Assembly: GCA_963722115.1 (NCBI GenBank)
Contig: CAVRLU010000009.1
Coordinates: forward strand, 29,457-93,456
Length of the DNA: 64,000 nucleotides
Direction: 5' to 3'
DNA from: an uncultured Nitrososphaerota archaeon
GTDB taxonomy: Archaea; Thermoproteota; Nitrososphaeria; Nitrososphaerales; Nitrosopumilaceae
Part shown: positions 19,901 to 31,133 of the stretch, in pieces
Numbering within the stretch: the first letter of the stretch is position 1
Layout: every line of letters begins with the position of its first letter
Program-made: the position numbers and the translations under genes
Notes under the pieces: generated by a model
What the model was told of the DNA's origin: nothing
The model's database searches: none
Seen by the model: only the letters and a program-made list of their open reading frames with translations

Positions 19901-20284
19901 CTTCATCACATGGTTGCAGACAAGATTCATGCTAGAGCCAGAGGTCAAGTGCAAATGTTAACAAAACAACCAACAGAAGGACGTGCAAGAGGTGGTGGTT
20001 TGAGATTTGGTGAAATGGAGCGAGACTGTCTTATTGCATATGGTGCATCTATGATGCTAAAAGATAGATTACTTGATGAATCTGATAAAGCGGATATCTA
20101 TATTTGTGAAAGATGTGGATTGGTTTCCTATTATGATATTAAACAAAGAAGATTCGTATGTAGAGTCTGTGGAGATAAAGCAAAAGTTACATCTATCTCT
20201 GTTGCATATGCGTTTAAACTACTTCTACAAGAAATGATGAGTCTTGATGTCGCACCACGACTTTTGATAAAGGAGAGAGTATAA
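16937..20284 (+). CDS. rpoB: RNA polymerase subunit B (Rpo2), unsplit
   Basis: GDKFASRHGQKG, YYQKLHHMV, GGLRFGEMERD, C-terminal Zn ribbon. Confidence 0.98.
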   Translation: MVNISNKRWPIVQDILKREGIARQHLNSYDEFLERGLQSIIDEVGHIEIESAEYPYKIQLGKVKLQQPRMMELDGSITHIAPMEARLRNVTYASPIMLEASVVEDGKILESRYIHIGDMPVMVRSNACILHNLSEQKLVEHGEDPNDPGGYFIINGSERVIVGLEDLSYNKIIVDKETVGGNTVFKAKVYSSIVGYRAKLELIMKNDGLIVAKIPGSPVDIPVVTLMRALGLESDREIAASVSLVDDIQDELEGSFEKSGDVPTAKDAIVYISKRIAPGMLEEFQIKRAETLLDWGLLPHLGKHPDNRKEKALFLGEVTCKLIELKLGWISPDDKDHYGNKVIKFAGQMLADLFRTAFRNLVRDMKYQLERSGQKRGINAVAAAVRPGIVTDKMNNAIATGNWGRGRVGVTQLLDRTNYLSTISHLRRIQSPLSRSQPNFEARDLHATHFGRICPSETPEGSNCGLVKNLALSAIISVNVPSEDIIEKLYDLGVTYVSDAKDELKKEGTRVFVDGRLIGYFKDGQKLVDSLRDLRRNFKIHPHVGIFLYQSSFEGSTKRLYVNCNAGRVLRPLIVIKDNKILLTQELIDKVSKKFLSWTDLLHMGIIELVDANEEENSYIAIDETDIKKHTHMEVFPSAILGAGASIIPYPEHNQSPRNTYESAMAKQSLGFSTPLMNASTYVRQHLMLYPQTPIVNTKAMSLLGLEDRPAGQNCVVAVLPFDGYNIEDAIVLSKSSIDRGLGRTFFYRIYEAEAKQYPGGMRDNFEIPTAEGNIRGFRGDKAYRLLEEDGVIATESTVQGGDILIGKTSPPRFMEEYREFEVKGPYRRDTSIGVRPSENGVVDTVVMTQSHDGGRMYKIRVRDLRIPEIGDKFASRHGQKGVVGLLVNHEDLPYTADGVVPDVMINPHAFPSRMTVGMFLESVTGKAAALRGSKMDGSAFVGEKLEDVKGVLEQNGFKYSGKEVMYDGRTGKPFAVDVFIGVVYYQKLHHMVADKIHARARGQVQMLTKQPTEGRARGGGLRFGEMERDCLIAYGASMMLKDRLLDESDKADIYICERCGLVSYYDIKQRRFVCRVCGDKAKVTSISVAYAFKLLLQEMMSLDVAPRLLIKERV

Positions 20285-23200
20285 TGGCGCTTGAGACAAT
20301 CAAAGTAATTGACGGAATAAAATTCTCTGTATGGTCTCCAACAGAGATTAGAAAATATTCTGTTGCAGAAATTACTGCACCAGAAACCTATGATGAAGAT
20401 GGAATGTCAGTTCAGGGAGGATTGATGGATGGAAGACTTGGCACTCTGGAACCAGGACAGAAATGTCTTACATGCGGTAATACTGCCGCAAGATGTCCAG
20501 GTCACTTTGGTCACATTGAACTTGCAGAACCTGTTTTACACATTGCATTCATCGATAATATCTACAAACTCTTACTTACAACATGTAGATCGTGTGCTAG
20601 ACTAAAACTTCCTCAAGAAGAATTGGAAGAATATCATCAAATTATGAAAAAGGAAGCAGCTTACACTGTAATCTCAATTAAACATATTCCAACTGAAATA
20701 ATTGAAAGAGCCAAGAAAGAAAAGACATGTCCTCACTGTGGCAAGTCACAGTATGAATTGATTTTTACAAAACCAACCATCTTCATAGAAAGAACTGAGC
20801 TTGGTGAGAACAGATTACTCCCAATTACAATCAGAGAAAGATTCTCTCACATGATTGACGAAGATCTCAAATTGTTGGGATATGATCCTACTACAGCAAG
20901 ACCAGAGTGGTTTATTCTACAAGTTCTTCCGGTTCCACCAGTTACAGTAAGACCATCGATTATTCTAGAAACAGGAATTAGATCTGAAGACGATTTAACT
21001 CACAAACTCGTAGATATTATCAGAGTAAATCAAAGACTCAAAGAAAGTAAGGAAGCTGGAACGCCTCCACTTATCGTACAAGACTTGGTTGATCTTTTAC
21101 AATATCACGTTACAACTTACTTTGATAATGAAGTATCAGGAATTCCACAAGCTCATCACAGATCAGGAAGGCCTCTCAAAACTCTCACTCAAAGATTAAA
21201 AGGAAAAGAAGGAAGATTCAGAGGTTCATTATCTGGAAAAAGAGTTGACTTTTCAAGTAGAACTGTTATCTCACCTGATCCTAACTTGCAAATTTCTGAA
21301 GTAGGAGTTCCAGAGGCAGTTGCAACTAAACTAACAATTCCAGAAGTTGTTACTGAATGGAACATTGAAAGACTGAAAAAACTTGTCATAAATGGACCCA
21401 GCAAGTTTCCAGGAGCTAACTATATTGTAAGACCTGATGGAGTAAAAATCAGACTTGATTTCGTTGAAGATAGAGAAACCATTGCAAATAATATTGAAAT
21501 CGGATATCTTGTAGAAAGACACCTATCTGATGGTGATATTGTAATGTTTAACAGACAACCATCATTGCACCAAATGTCCATTATGGGTCATTATGTTAGA
21601 GTATTACCTGGCAAGACCTTTAGACTACATCCATCAGTCTGTCCCCCTTACAACGCTGACTTTGATGGAGATGAGATGAATCTTCACGTACCTCAGAGTG
21701 AAGAAGCAAGAGCAGAAGCTATTCTCTTAATGCGTGTACAAGATCAATTGATTTCTCCAAGATACGGTGGTCCTATAATTGGTGCATTACGTGACTTCAT
21801 TACTGGTGCATATCTGCTTACAAAGGATGATACTACTTTAACACCACAGGAATTTGCAAATCTTGCAATGTTGGGTGGTTATGATGGAACATTCCCAGAA
21901 CCAGCAGTAAAAGCAAAAGGTGGGTCACTTTATAGTGGTAAACAACTCTTCTCGCTTTTCTTACCAAAGGACTTCAATTATGTTATAACTTCAAAATGGT
22001 CTAAAGGAACAAAGGGTCCTGTAAAAGATGTTGTAATTAAAAATGGTCAACTGGTAAGTGGTGTAATTGACAAAGCATCAATTGGTGCAGAAGAACCTGA
22101 TAGTGTTCTACATAGAATTACAAAAGATTATGGATATGAAGAGGCAAAGAATTTCCTTAACTCCATCTTGATCATGCTAAAACAATTCATCACTGGATAT
22201 GGATTCAGTTATGGTTATGCTGATCTTGAACTTGCAACAAAGACAAAAGATGGAATTCTTGAAAATATTCAAGAATCATATGATAAAGTATATGATTTCA
22301 TATCTCAAGCAAAGAAGGGTACGCTACAACTCAGTAGGGGTCTTTCTGCTGAAGAAGCATTAGAGGCTCAAATTGTAAATGAGACTTTCAAAAGCAAGAG
22401 ATAAAGCTGGAAACTCTGCAGACAAATCTTTTGATGAGACTAATGCAGGAAGAATAATGGCAACAACAGGTGCTAGGGGTTCTTCATTAAATATTGGCCA
22501 AATGGCAGGTGCATTAGGTCAACAATCCATTAGAGGTAGAAGAATTCTCAAAGGTTACAGTAACAGAGCATTACCACACTTCAAAGAACATGATGCTAAT
22601 CCAGATGGTAAGGGATTTGTAAAGTCTAATTATAGAGAAGGATTGTCTACTTTGGAATTCTTCTTCCATGCTATGGGAGGAAGAGAAGGTCTTGTCGATA
22701 CTGCAGTTAGAACACAGCAAAGTGGTTACATGCAAAGAAGACTCATCAATGCACTTGAACATCTTAAACTAGAATATGATGGAACAGTACGAGATCCTCA
22801 TGGCCACATAATACAATTCCTTTATGGTGAAGATGGAATAGATGTAGCAAAAAGTGATCATGGTGAAGCATTTAGAATTGCTAGATTAATAGAATCTGAA
22901 AGCATCATTGATTCAGGAAAGAAAGCTACTAAGGAAGAAATTACAGAACTAGTGAAAAAATATGCAAAGACATTCAATCCACGTTTATCAAAAACTGTGC
23001 TAGAAGCCTTACTCGAATCAAAACTTAGCAGAGACGGTGTTGATAAAGTCTGTAAAAAAGCATTAGAACTTTATGATAATGCAAAAGTTGAACCTGGTCA
23101 AGCAGTTGGTGTAGTCACAGCCCAATCAATAGGTGAGCCGGGTACTCAGATGACACTTAGAACATTCCACTTTGCAGGTATCAGAGAAAGAAACGTAACT

Positions 23201-24079
23201 CTGGGACTTCCAAGATTAATTGAACTTGTAGATGCAAGAAAGAAACCAGTAACACCAACAATGGATATCTACTTGGAAGAAAATTACAAAAAATCAAAAG
23301 AAAAAGCAATTAAAGTAGCTAGAGAAATCTTACACACCAAAATTAGTGCATTAATCTCTAGTACCGAAACTGATTATTCTACAAAGATTAAACTTAATCT
23401 TAATCAAGATAAGCTAAGAGAAAGAGCATGTACAATTGAGAATGTAGTGGATGCATTACAATCTTCCAAGAAAAAGTTTGAAATTGAGCCAAGTGGAAAT
23501 TCTATTACCTTGACACTGCCAGAAGAATCTGATACTCAAACTGTTCTTGCAATGAGAAACAAAATACTTTCGACTACTGTTAAAGGTGTTACTGATGTAG
23601 AACGAGTAACAATCGTGCAACAAGGAGAAGAATGGGTTATACAAACTTCTGGCTCTAACATAGCAAAAGTATGGGAAATAGATGGTATAGATAAGAAAAA
23701 TATCCGAACTAACAATATCTTTGAAATAGCAGGTAGCTTGGGTATAGAGGCGGCACGAAATTCGTTGATAAATGAATTAAATTCCACACTTACTGATCAA
23801 GGTCTAGAAGTTGATGTGAGATATCTTATGTTAGTGTCTGATTTGATGTGTTCTAGAGGATATCTACAACAAATTGGAAGACATGGAATTGCTGGAACAA
23901 AGACAAGTGTACTTGCAAGAGCTGCATTTGAAATTACTGTTCCAACAATTGCTGAAGCTGCACTAGCGGGAGAAGTTGAAGAGCTCAAAGGAGTAACAGA
24001 AAACGTTATAGTGGGAGCAAATATTCCTATAGGCACAGGAACAGTTGATCTTTACATGAAGGTGGTTGAAGATGGTTAA
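20284..24079 (+). CDS. rpoA: RNA polymerase largest subunit A (Rpo1, fused A'/A''), broken by one extra base at ~22384
   Basis: NADFDGD catalytic motif; the two ORFs join as IVNELSKARDKAG when the A in AG(A)CT is removed; span = 3n+1. Confidence 0.95.
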
Positions 24080-24389
24080 ACTATTAGAAAAAGTAATCAA
24101 AGACGCAATTGAGGATGGTAAATGCTCTTTTGGTACTAAAGAAGCAATTAGCACAATTAAAAATTCAAAGCTGATTGTCTTATCGCATTCAATTTCAGAA
24201 GAAACACTTGAAAAAGTACAAGAAGCTGCTAAAAGTTCAAAGGTTCCAACTCTGAATTATAATGGATCTTCAGTTGAACTTGGTAGACTATGTGGAACAC
24301 AATTTAGAATTTCTGCACTATCGCTTAAGACTCTGAGCGATACTAATCTAAAAGCAATCACAAAAGAACTTGAAATAGAGACGAAATAA
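24072..24389 (+). CDS. rpl30e: 50S ribosomal protein L30e
   Basis: GK..FGTKE, GSSVELGRLCG; conserved position after rpoA. Confidence 0.9.
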   Translation: MVKLLEKVIKDAIEDGKCSFGTKEAISTIKNSKLIVLSHSISEETLEKVQEAAKSSKVPTLNYNGSSVELGRLCGTQFRISALSLKTLSDTNLKAITKELEIETK

Positions 24390-24430
24390 TCCAATGTCCT
24401 TTTCCTCACATATTTTCTATCAAGATTTAA

Positions 24431-24922
24431 ATGTCCCACAAAGAGATCGAGTTTAAAAAAGGCATGACGGAAACAATCAAACTAACAACAGATCAGATAA
24501 AACTAATGTCACTTTTTCAGAATGTGACTGGAGCTACGGCAAGAGATTGTATTGAAGATGAAAAACAGGACCGAGTCATATTTGTAGTAAATCAAGGTAA
24601 GATGGGATTAGCAATTGGTAAAGGTGGTTCTACAATAAAGAATTTACAAAATGTAGTAAAAAGAAATGTTGAACTTGTAGAATACTCTGAAGATCCAGCT
24701 GAATTTCTTAAGAATATGCTGAATCCAAAGTTAGTTTCTGAAGTAAAAATAAACAAAAGATTGGATGGTTCACTCCAAGCAATCATTCTAGTTGATGCAA
24801 AGAAGAAAGGAATTGTAGTTGGTAGAGAAGGTCGTAATGCAGAAAAAGCAAGACTATTAGCCAAGAGATACTTTCAAATTTCTAGTGTTCTTATACAGAG
24901 TCCGGAGAAAATAATGGAGTAA
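24431..24922 (+). CDS. nusA: Transcription factor NusA (archaeal, KH domains); start probably the ATG at 24464
   Basis: GLAIGKGG and [12 protein letters not shown] motifs; conserved synteny. Confidence 0.93.
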   Translation: MSHKEIEFKKGMTETIKLTTDQIKLMSLFQNVTGATARDCIEDEKQDRVIFVVNQGKMGLAIGKGGSTIKNLQNVVKRNVELVEYSEDPAEFLKNMLNPKLVSEVKINKRLDGSLQAIILVDAKKKGIVVGREGRNAEKARLLAKRYFQISSVLIQSPEKIME

Positions 24923-24927
24923 ATGGT

Positions 24928-25365
24928 ATGGCAAAATCACCACTAGGTCTATTTGCAGGAAGAGTTCTAAAGGATAAAAGAAAACGCCAGAAATGGTCTA
25001 TAGGTACTTACAAGAGAAGAGAATTAGGTCTTGACAAGAAGGCCAGTCCGCTTGGAGGTGCACCACAAGCTCGTGGTATAGTTTTAGAAAAAGTTGGAAT
25101 AGAAGCGAAGCAGCCCAACTCTGCAGTAAGAAAATGTGTTCGAGTTCAACTCATAAAGAATGGTAAAACAGTTACTGCTTTCCTTCCTAGAGACGGCGCA
25201 CTTAATTTTGTTGATGAACATGATGAAGTACATGTAGAAGGTATGGGCGCATCCATGGGAGGAGCACTTGGTGATATTCCTGGTGTAAGATGGAAAGTCT
25301 TCAAGGTAAATGGAACTTCACTTAAAGAGCTTGTTTACGGAAAGAAAGAGAAGCCCAGGAGATAG
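24928..25365 (+). CDS. rps12: 30S ribosomal protein S12 (uS12)
   Basis: [24 protein letters not shown]. Confidence 0.98.
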   Translation: MAKSPLGLFAGRVLKDKRKRQKWSIGTYKRRELGLDKKASPLGGAPQARGIVLEKVGIEAKQPNSAVRKCVRVQLIKNGKTVTAFLPRDGALNFVDEHDEVHVEGMGASMGGALGDIPGVRWKVFKVNGTSLKELVYGKKEKPRR

Positions 25366-25368
25366 AAA

Positions 25369-25968
25369 ATGACAGAAACACAGAATCTTTTACTTTTTAG
25401 AAAATGGGATATATCTAATATTGATGTTAAAGATCCAGGTCTGAAAAATGTGATATCTCTTAAACAAGGAATAATGCCTCTGTCTTTTGGCAGATCAGCA
25501 CTTAAACGATTCAATAAATCTGAAGTCAACATTACTGAACGACTGATTAACAAACTATCTCACTTTGGAAAGAAATATGCAAAAAACACTGGTAGAATGG
25601 GTGGAAAGAAAATTCGCGCAATCAATACAGTAAAGGCAGCATTTGAAATAATACATCTTAAAACTGGAAAAAATCCTGTTGAAGTCTTGATACGAGCAGT
25701 AGAACATTCTGCGCCTAATGAAGACACAACCAGAATAGTTTATGGTGGAACTGTTTACCACGTTTCAGTAGATGTTGCTCCACTAAGAAGAGTTGATCTT
25801 GCATTGAGATTCATAGCAGAAGGTGTTAGAGATGCATCATTTTCTAATCCAAAAGCAGTAGAGGAAAATCTTGCAGAGCATTTGATACTTGCTTCTGTAA
25901 ATGACATGAATGCTCCCTCTGTTAAGAAGAAAAATGAATTAGAAAGAATTGCAATGGCCTCTAGATAA
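25369..25968 (+). CDS. rps7: 30S ribosomal protein S7 (uS7)
   Basis: NPVEVL, VDVAPLRRVD, KKKNELERIA. Confidence 0.97.
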   Translation: MTETQNLLLFRKWDISNIDVKDPGLKNVISLKQGIMPLSFGRSALKRFNKSEVNITERLINKLSHFGKKYAKNTGRMGGKKIRAINTVKAAFEIIHLKTGKNPVEVLIRAVEHSAPNEDTTRIVYGGTVYHVSVDVAPLRRVDLALRFIAEGVRDASFSNPKAVEENLAEHLILASVNDMNAPSVKKKNELERIAMASR

Positions 25969-25995
25969 AGAGCACGTTTTTTTAAAAATTATAGA

Positions 25996-26098
25996 TAGCC
26001 CGAGGCAGATTCGAACTGCCGTCCCCAGGTGTCCTCTCGTAAGATCCAGAGCCTGAGATCCCTAACCCAAAATTGTTTGGCCACTAGACTATCGGGCT
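25996..26098 (-). tRNA. tRNA-Gln(CTG) with two 15-nt introns (canonical 37/38 at 26031-26045; non-canonical near 21/22 at ~26062-26076)
   Basis: Acceptor AGCCCGA/TCGGGCT, T-arm GGCAG-TTCGAAT-CTGCC, anticodon stem TCAGG/CCTGG with CTG; removing both inserts gives a 73-nt cloverleaf. Confidence 0.88.
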
Positions 26099-26129
26099 AC
26101 CGAGACGACTGGTATTTCTTGAGAATATA

Positions 26130-26450
26130 TTATTTTGTACTTGCCTCACGGACTGCAGTAGCATAATCACAATTTGCTCCAAGTCTCATGTAAGGAATTA
26201 ATCTATAATGAATGGAATAGATCTTGTTTTCTTTGTATAGAATTCCTTTTAACAAAAGCGAAACAAAGCCTCCTGCAATCCGAGATGATGGAATATTCAA
26301 TTCCTGACATACCTGATCACGTTTTTTCTTGTATTGTTGAGTGGTAAAGCTAATTGTGTTTAATTCCAAAATTAATGGCCACATGACTTTTTCCCAGACA
26401 AATCTACGGTTTTGAGTAGCAGATGCATACTTTCCCTTCTCTTCTAGCAT
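26130..26450 (-). CDS. Hypothetical protein, possibly winged-helix DNA-binding
   Basis: 106-aa basic ORF with a helix-helix-beta hairpin pattern (SLLLKGILYKENKIYSIHY). Confidence 0.55.
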   Translation of the reverse strand: MLEEKGKYASATQNRRFVWEKVMWPLILELNTISFTTQQYKKKRDQVCQELNIPSSRIAGGFVSLLLKGILYKENKIYSIHYRLIPYMRLGANCDYATAVREASTK

Positions 26451-26487
26451 TGATAACGTTCAAAAAGTTCTGATCTCCATTTATTAG

Positions 26488-27189
26488 TTGATGGTATCAA
26501 AAATAGAAGAGGCATTAGAGCTATTATCGAAAAACTGGAAAATTGAACCTATTATTCTAGATTTTATTCTGGGTAAAAAAACAGATGTTGCAGATTTTCA
26601 GATTAAAGTAAATGATGTAATTTTTCATATTCCATATCTTAGAGATGAAAATGGATATGTATTGTGGAAATGTTATTGGCCTGACTGTCATAATTGTTGT
26701 AATAGACAAGGAAGACTTCCACTTACAAGTAATGATCTAATAACAATAAGCAAGAATCTAAAGTACGACAAAGTTTCTGATTTTATAAAAAAAGAGACCA
26801 ATATCTCTACTTGGGAAGAAAAGGGACCAGAAGGAAATTCAGTGGTAATGACTATGATAAATCTAAAACGTAAAGAAGATGAAAAAGAGTCAGAAGATGG
26901 AACTTATGTCAGATGTAGATTTCTTGATGAAAAAGGTTACTGTGGACTTCATCCATCGAGACCAGGAGTGTGTTATCTTTACCCATTCTCATCATGGCTT
27001 GAAAATGAAAAAGGAAAAGCCAGAGTACATGCCACATTTCAATTTACTGGGGATTGTCCAGGATTTTATTTTGCGAAATCTCACGATGAAATGAAAGAAG
27101 TTTTACTTGAATATTCAAAAATGATCTATGATTATACTATGAATTCAAATAGAACAACAAGAGAAAATTTCGGTTACGTAAGTATGTAA
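26488..27189 (+). CDS. YkgJ/UPF0153-like cysteine-cluster protein
   Basis: C...CHNCC, CRFLD..GYCGLH..RPGVCYLYPF, CPG motifs. Confidence 0.85.
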   Translation: MMVSKIEEALELLSKNWKIEPIILDFILGKKTDVADFQIKVNDVIFHIPYLRDENGYVLWKCYWPDCHNCCNRQGRLPLTSNDLITISKNLKYDKVSDFIKKETNISTWEEKGPEGNSVVMTMINLKRKEDEKESEDGTYVRCRFLDEKGYCGLHPSRPGVCYLYPFSSWLENEKGKARVHATFQFTGDCPGFYFAKSHDEMKEVLLEYSKMIYDYTMNSNRTTRENFGYVSM

Positions 27190-27191
27190 TT

Positions 27192-28199
27192 CTAAGCTCT
27201 TGCCACTTTCATCATATCTGTCATCTTGATCTCCATTCCAAATCTATTCTCATTTTTCTTCATATATCTGTAAATGGATAACATATCGAAAAAATTCTTC
27301 ATTATTCCAAATTTGCTTTCCATTTTGTTTCTTACAAAATCTAATACTTTGGAATAAATCGCAAATTTTTCAAGTACCATCTGTCTATATCTTTCATTAT
27401 TTCCTAATGTTTCAACAAAAATATCGCCACAAGTCATACTTGGAATTATTCCCTCACCAAGTAATGGGTAAACCGTTCCTATTGATTCTCCAACTCCTAT
27501 TACCTTTCCATGATAGAATGGTTCACAAAGATTTGGGGTAGCAAGACGTATCGGTCTTCCAACTGTCTTTAGTACTTTGCCTCCGTATTTTTTTAAGAAT
27601 GCGTTAGTTTCTACAATGTGATTTCTATTTTTGTCTCCGGCACCAATGTGGGCAATTTTATCACCTAGTGGGAAATACCAGAAATACCCACTGATGGAAG
27701 AAAATGGTTTAAGATAAAAATCATCAAATGGTACCTTGTCTTCATATTCTACTTTATATTGAAAAGTTGGCAGATGAAAATCCTTCTCAAGTCTTGGTAA
27801 GTATGATCTATGAAAACCTGTAGAATCGACAATCATGTCAAATTCAGATTCTAGATCTGGTAATTTTGGGGCAACTCCATAATGTATCTTACATCCTCTT
27901 GCCATGTCTTTTATCAATCCAATCTTGTTGTAAGTACAAAGTCCTTTGAGTTTAATTTGGAATCTTTCTAAACCCATGTCAACATACATTTGTTTTCCAT
28001 CATGAATTACATAATCGTTAAAATCAAGTCCGACCTTTTTAGAAAATTCTTGCATTGGTGCTTTTGATGTCCCCCACGCACATATGGAATCATGATTCTC
28101 TAGTGTAGATCTTTCAAAACCTACTACCTCATGTTGATTCTTCAATCTTGCAAGTAGATATGCTCCTGCAACTCCTATTCCAACTACTGCAATCTTCAA
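27192..28199 (-). CDS. FAD-dependent oxidoreductase, geranylgeranyl reductase-like
   Basis: GIGVAG dinucleotide motif, GYFWYFP, GESIGTVYPLLGEGI. Confidence 0.75.
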   Translation of the reverse strand: MKIAVVGIGVAGAYLLARLKNQHEVVGFERSTLENHDSICAWGTSKAPMQEFSKKVGLDFNDYVIHDGKQMYVDMGLERFQIKLKGLCTYNKIGLIKDMARGCKIHYGVAPKLPDLESEFDMIVDSTGFHRSYLPRLEKDFHLPTFQYKVEYEDKVPFDDFYLKPFSSISGYFWYFPLGDKIAHIGAGDKNRNHIVETNAFLKKYGGKVLKTVGRPIRLATPNLCEPFYHGKVIGVGESIGTVYPLLGEGIIPSMTCGDIFVETLGNNERYRQMVLEKFAIYSKVLDFVRNKMESKFGIMKNFFDMLSIYRYMKKNENRFGMEIKMTDMMKVARA

Positions 28200-28244
28200 A
28201 CGATCTTATACCTAAAATTACCTAATAAAAACATGCGGCAGTTA

Positions 28245-31133
28245 CTATTCTATTAAGATGGCTGGTTTGTATGGTCTAGCTGTTCTTGATTTATTTTTTG
28301 GATCATATTTGTCTTGATCTGATTCTGCAAATACTTGGGATGTAATCCTAAATTCTGCTTGTACGAGTGAATTCAACTCAGAAAGAATTTTCTTTTCATC
28401 GATTAGACCAATTCTATTTTTTGATTCTCTCTCTTCTTGGGATTCTGATAAAATATCATTAACTGTTTTTTTAACAAAATCAGGATCTTTCTTTATTTCC
28501 TCTGTTTCCTTGTCTGCAATGAGTGATTTTATTAGAGTGCCAATGTTTACCTCACCTTCAACTACTTTAGATAAAATTTTCTGATAGGCCTTTACTTTCC
28601 ATGTCGCCGGTGTGTAAATTGTTATTTTCTTAGGAATAATCTTTGTAACCTTGATTATATTTTTGATGTCCTCCATCGTATTTTTTAGTAGATTTTCAGA
28701 TTGAATTGATCCGAAATCAATACTATCAGCATGATATGTAGGCCAAGAAGACTTTGATGCAATACCTGGATTTCCTAATCTGTACCACATCTCTTCTGAG
28801 GCATATGGTGCAAAAGGTGACATCATTGCTACTCTTATGGAAAATATTTCATGCAAAATTCCTAAGAAATCCTCACGTTTCTTTGCGGTAACTCGTTTCA
28901 TATACCATTGAAGATCTGACTCAAACTCGTAGAGTATGAAATGTAGTGCTTCTCTTAATCGCATTTTTTGTATTGATGAAGTTGTCGCGAAAATCAATTG
29001 TTCAATCTTACTTTTTATCCATCTATCTTCCTGTTCAAGTTTGATATTCTGAGCAGATTTGTATTTTGAACATTCATCTAACATACTCTCTAACTTGTTC
29101 TTTATTCCCTTGACTGCTTCTTGGTTGAAATCTGCATCTTGTAATAGCTCTGCTGAAATTAAAATTGCAAGCCTTATGGAATCAGCACCGTGAATTCTTA
29201 TGGCATCTCTAAGGGGAATTATATTTCCTTCAGATTTTGACATCTTTTTTCCATCCATGAGAACTGAACCATTGACCACAATTTCTTCAGGCCAGTATTC
29301 TTTCGGAAATATTGCTATGTGGTTGAAAATAAAAAATGTTAGATGATTTGGTACTAGATCTCTACCTGAATGTCTTGCATTAACTGGATAAAAATACTGG
29401 AATTCTTTTTTTATCTTTTCTAGTAGAATGGGTGTTATTTTACATTGAGATGAGACCGTTTCTGAACTTCCTTTGTTCAAAAATATGTGATCGAAAAAAA
29501 TATCGGATGTGTTTTCTGATGTAATTTCTTTACTGTTCACATATTTTGCTATTGTGTAATATGCCATGTAAATTACTGAATCTGATAAACTCTCTATTAT
29601 CCAGTTTTTATCCCAAGGTAATTTTGTTCCTAATCCGTGTTGTCTTGCACATGCTCGCTCACGGAGCCAATCTACTACATTATTGAATTCGTTTCTAATT
29701 TCTTCTGGTAAAATCTTCATCTCATTTATCCATGAATGTACTTTTATTTTCCATTCTGGATCTGAATAGTTAAGAAACCATTGGTTGTTGAGTATTTTTA
29801 CTACACATTCTGCACCACATCTGCATCTCACGGGTGTCTCATTTAGTTCGTATAGAATATCGGCATTTCCAGTTTGTAGAAGCCATTTTTTTACTTCATC
29901 TTTTGCTTCTGAGACTGTCTTGTTTACAAATTTTCCAGTATTTTGTTTTAATCTGCCACTGTAAAATTCCTTTGAGTAAATCTCCTTGGTAGCTTCTTCT
30001 AACTTAGGACTATTCTGATTTTCAATTTGAAGTCTAATTATTACATCTTGAGCAGGAATTTCTCCATAGCCTTCTGTTGCAATTATTGGTATGGCGTTAA
30101 TATTCTGAATCTCAGAAAGATTAGGATATTTTGTAAATTCTTTTTTCAGATCTTCTAAAGCTTGATAGTCAAAAGGAGCATGTGCCGGAACTGACATTAC
30201 TATGCCTGTACCATTCTCGCTTTTGACAAAACTTGCAGGTAGAATTAGAACTAGATCATTTCTTTCAGGAACTTGAACTTTTTTACCTATTAGTTCTTTA
30301 CCTGATATTTTATCTAATCTTGCTATTGTTTTATTGTGAAATTCTAACTTTCTTGCACACTCGCTGGTTACTATCCATTTTTCATCATTGACTTGTACGA
30401 TTTCATAAACAAATTCTGGATTTATCCAGATGTTTGTTACCCCGAAAATAGTCTCAGGTCGTAATGTTGCAGTGGGGATGATGTACTTCTCATACTTGAA
30501 TTTGATAATTGTATATTCTGTAAAACTTGGCTCTACATCTCCCTGAGTATCGTGTTGAGAGACAGGATTCTGATCCTTTGGACACCATCCCACCGGATGA
30601 GTACCCTGAATTATTAGATTTTTCTCTTTTAATTTTCCAAATTGCCATTCAATAAACTTACTATATACAGGATCTATTGTGGTAAATTCTCTTCTCCAAT
30701 CTATTGAATAACCCATCTCTTTCATTCCAGCCTTTATTTCTTGGTGGAAATAATCTGCAATTTTTATTGGCTCTGAAAATTCTCTTATCTTCTCATCTGG
30801 AACCTTGTATATATTGCGAAATGTTTCTAATAATTTTATGTCGTTGTCTTGAACTCTTCTAGCCATACCTAGAATGGGAGTTCCAGTGTAGTGAAACCCC
30901 ATGGGAAATAATACATTATAGCCCATCATACGCATAAATCTTGCATGAACATCTGCTAGTGTGTATGTTCTTCCATGTCCAACATGTTGTGGGGAATTGG
31001 GGTATGGATAAGCTACCGTTACAAAGAATTTTTTTTCATTATTAGGATCAGTCTCAAAATATTTCTCAGTTTCCCATCTGTGTCTCCATTTTTCTTCAAG
31101 TGAAGTCCAATCCATCCTACTATCTTTCTCCAA
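28245..31133 (-). CDS. leuS: Leucine--tRNA ligase (archaeal type)
   Basis: AYPYPNSPQHVGH (HIGH), KMSKS, ATLRPET editing domain. Confidence 0.96.
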   Translation of the reverse strand: MEKDSRMDWTSLEEKWRHRWETEKYFETDPNNEKKFFVTVAYPYPNSPQHVGHGRTYTLADVHARFMRMMGYNVLFPMGFHYTGTPILGMARRVQDNDIKLLETFRNIYKVPDEKIREFSEPIKIADYFHQEIKAGMKEMGYSIDWRREFTTIDPVYSKFIEWQFGKLKEKNLIIQGTHPVGWCPKDQNPVSQHDTQGDVEPSFTEYTIIKFKYEKYIIPTATLRPETIFGVTNIWINPEFVYEIVQVNDEKWIVTSECARKLEFHNKTIARLDKISGKELIGKKVQVPERNDLVLILPASFVKSENGTGIVMSVPAHAPFDYQALEDLKKEFTKYPNLSEIQNINAIPIIATEGYGEIPAQDVIIRLQIENQNSPKLEEATKEIYSKEFYSGRLKQNTGKFVNKTVSEAKDEVKKWLLQTGNADILYELNETPVRCRCGAECVVKILNNQWFLNYSDPEWKIKVHSWINEMKILPEEIRNEFNNVVDWLRERACARQHGLGTKLPWDKNWIIESLSDSVIYMAYYTIAKYVNSKEITSENTSDIFFDHIFLNKGSSETVSSQCKITPILLEKIKKEFQYFYPVNARHSGRDLVPNHLTFFIFNHIAIFPKEYWPEEIVVNGSVLMDGKKMSKSEGNIIPLRDAIRIHGADSIRLAILISAELLQDADFNQEAVKGIKNKLESMLDECSKYKSAQNIKLEQEDRWIKSKIEQLIFATTSSIQKMRLREALHFILYEFESDLQWYMKRVTAKKREDFLGILHEIFSIRVAMMSPFAPYASEEMWYRLGNPGIASKSSWPTYHADSIDFGSIQSENLLKNTMEDIKNIIKVTKIIPKKITIYTPATWKVKAYQKILSKVVEGEVNIGTLIKSLIADKETEEIKKDPDFVKKTVNDILSESQEERESKNRIGLIDEKKILSELNSLVQAEFRITSQVFAESDQDKYDPKNKSRTARPYKPAILIE

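Noticed and set aside
20284-24079. Natural split of RNA polymerase into A' and A'' genes
   Set aside because: The break at ~aa 700 lies before the bridge-helix region rather than at the usual A'/A'' junction, and one deleted base restores a continuous conserved sequence. Thaumarchaea normally have the fused subunit.
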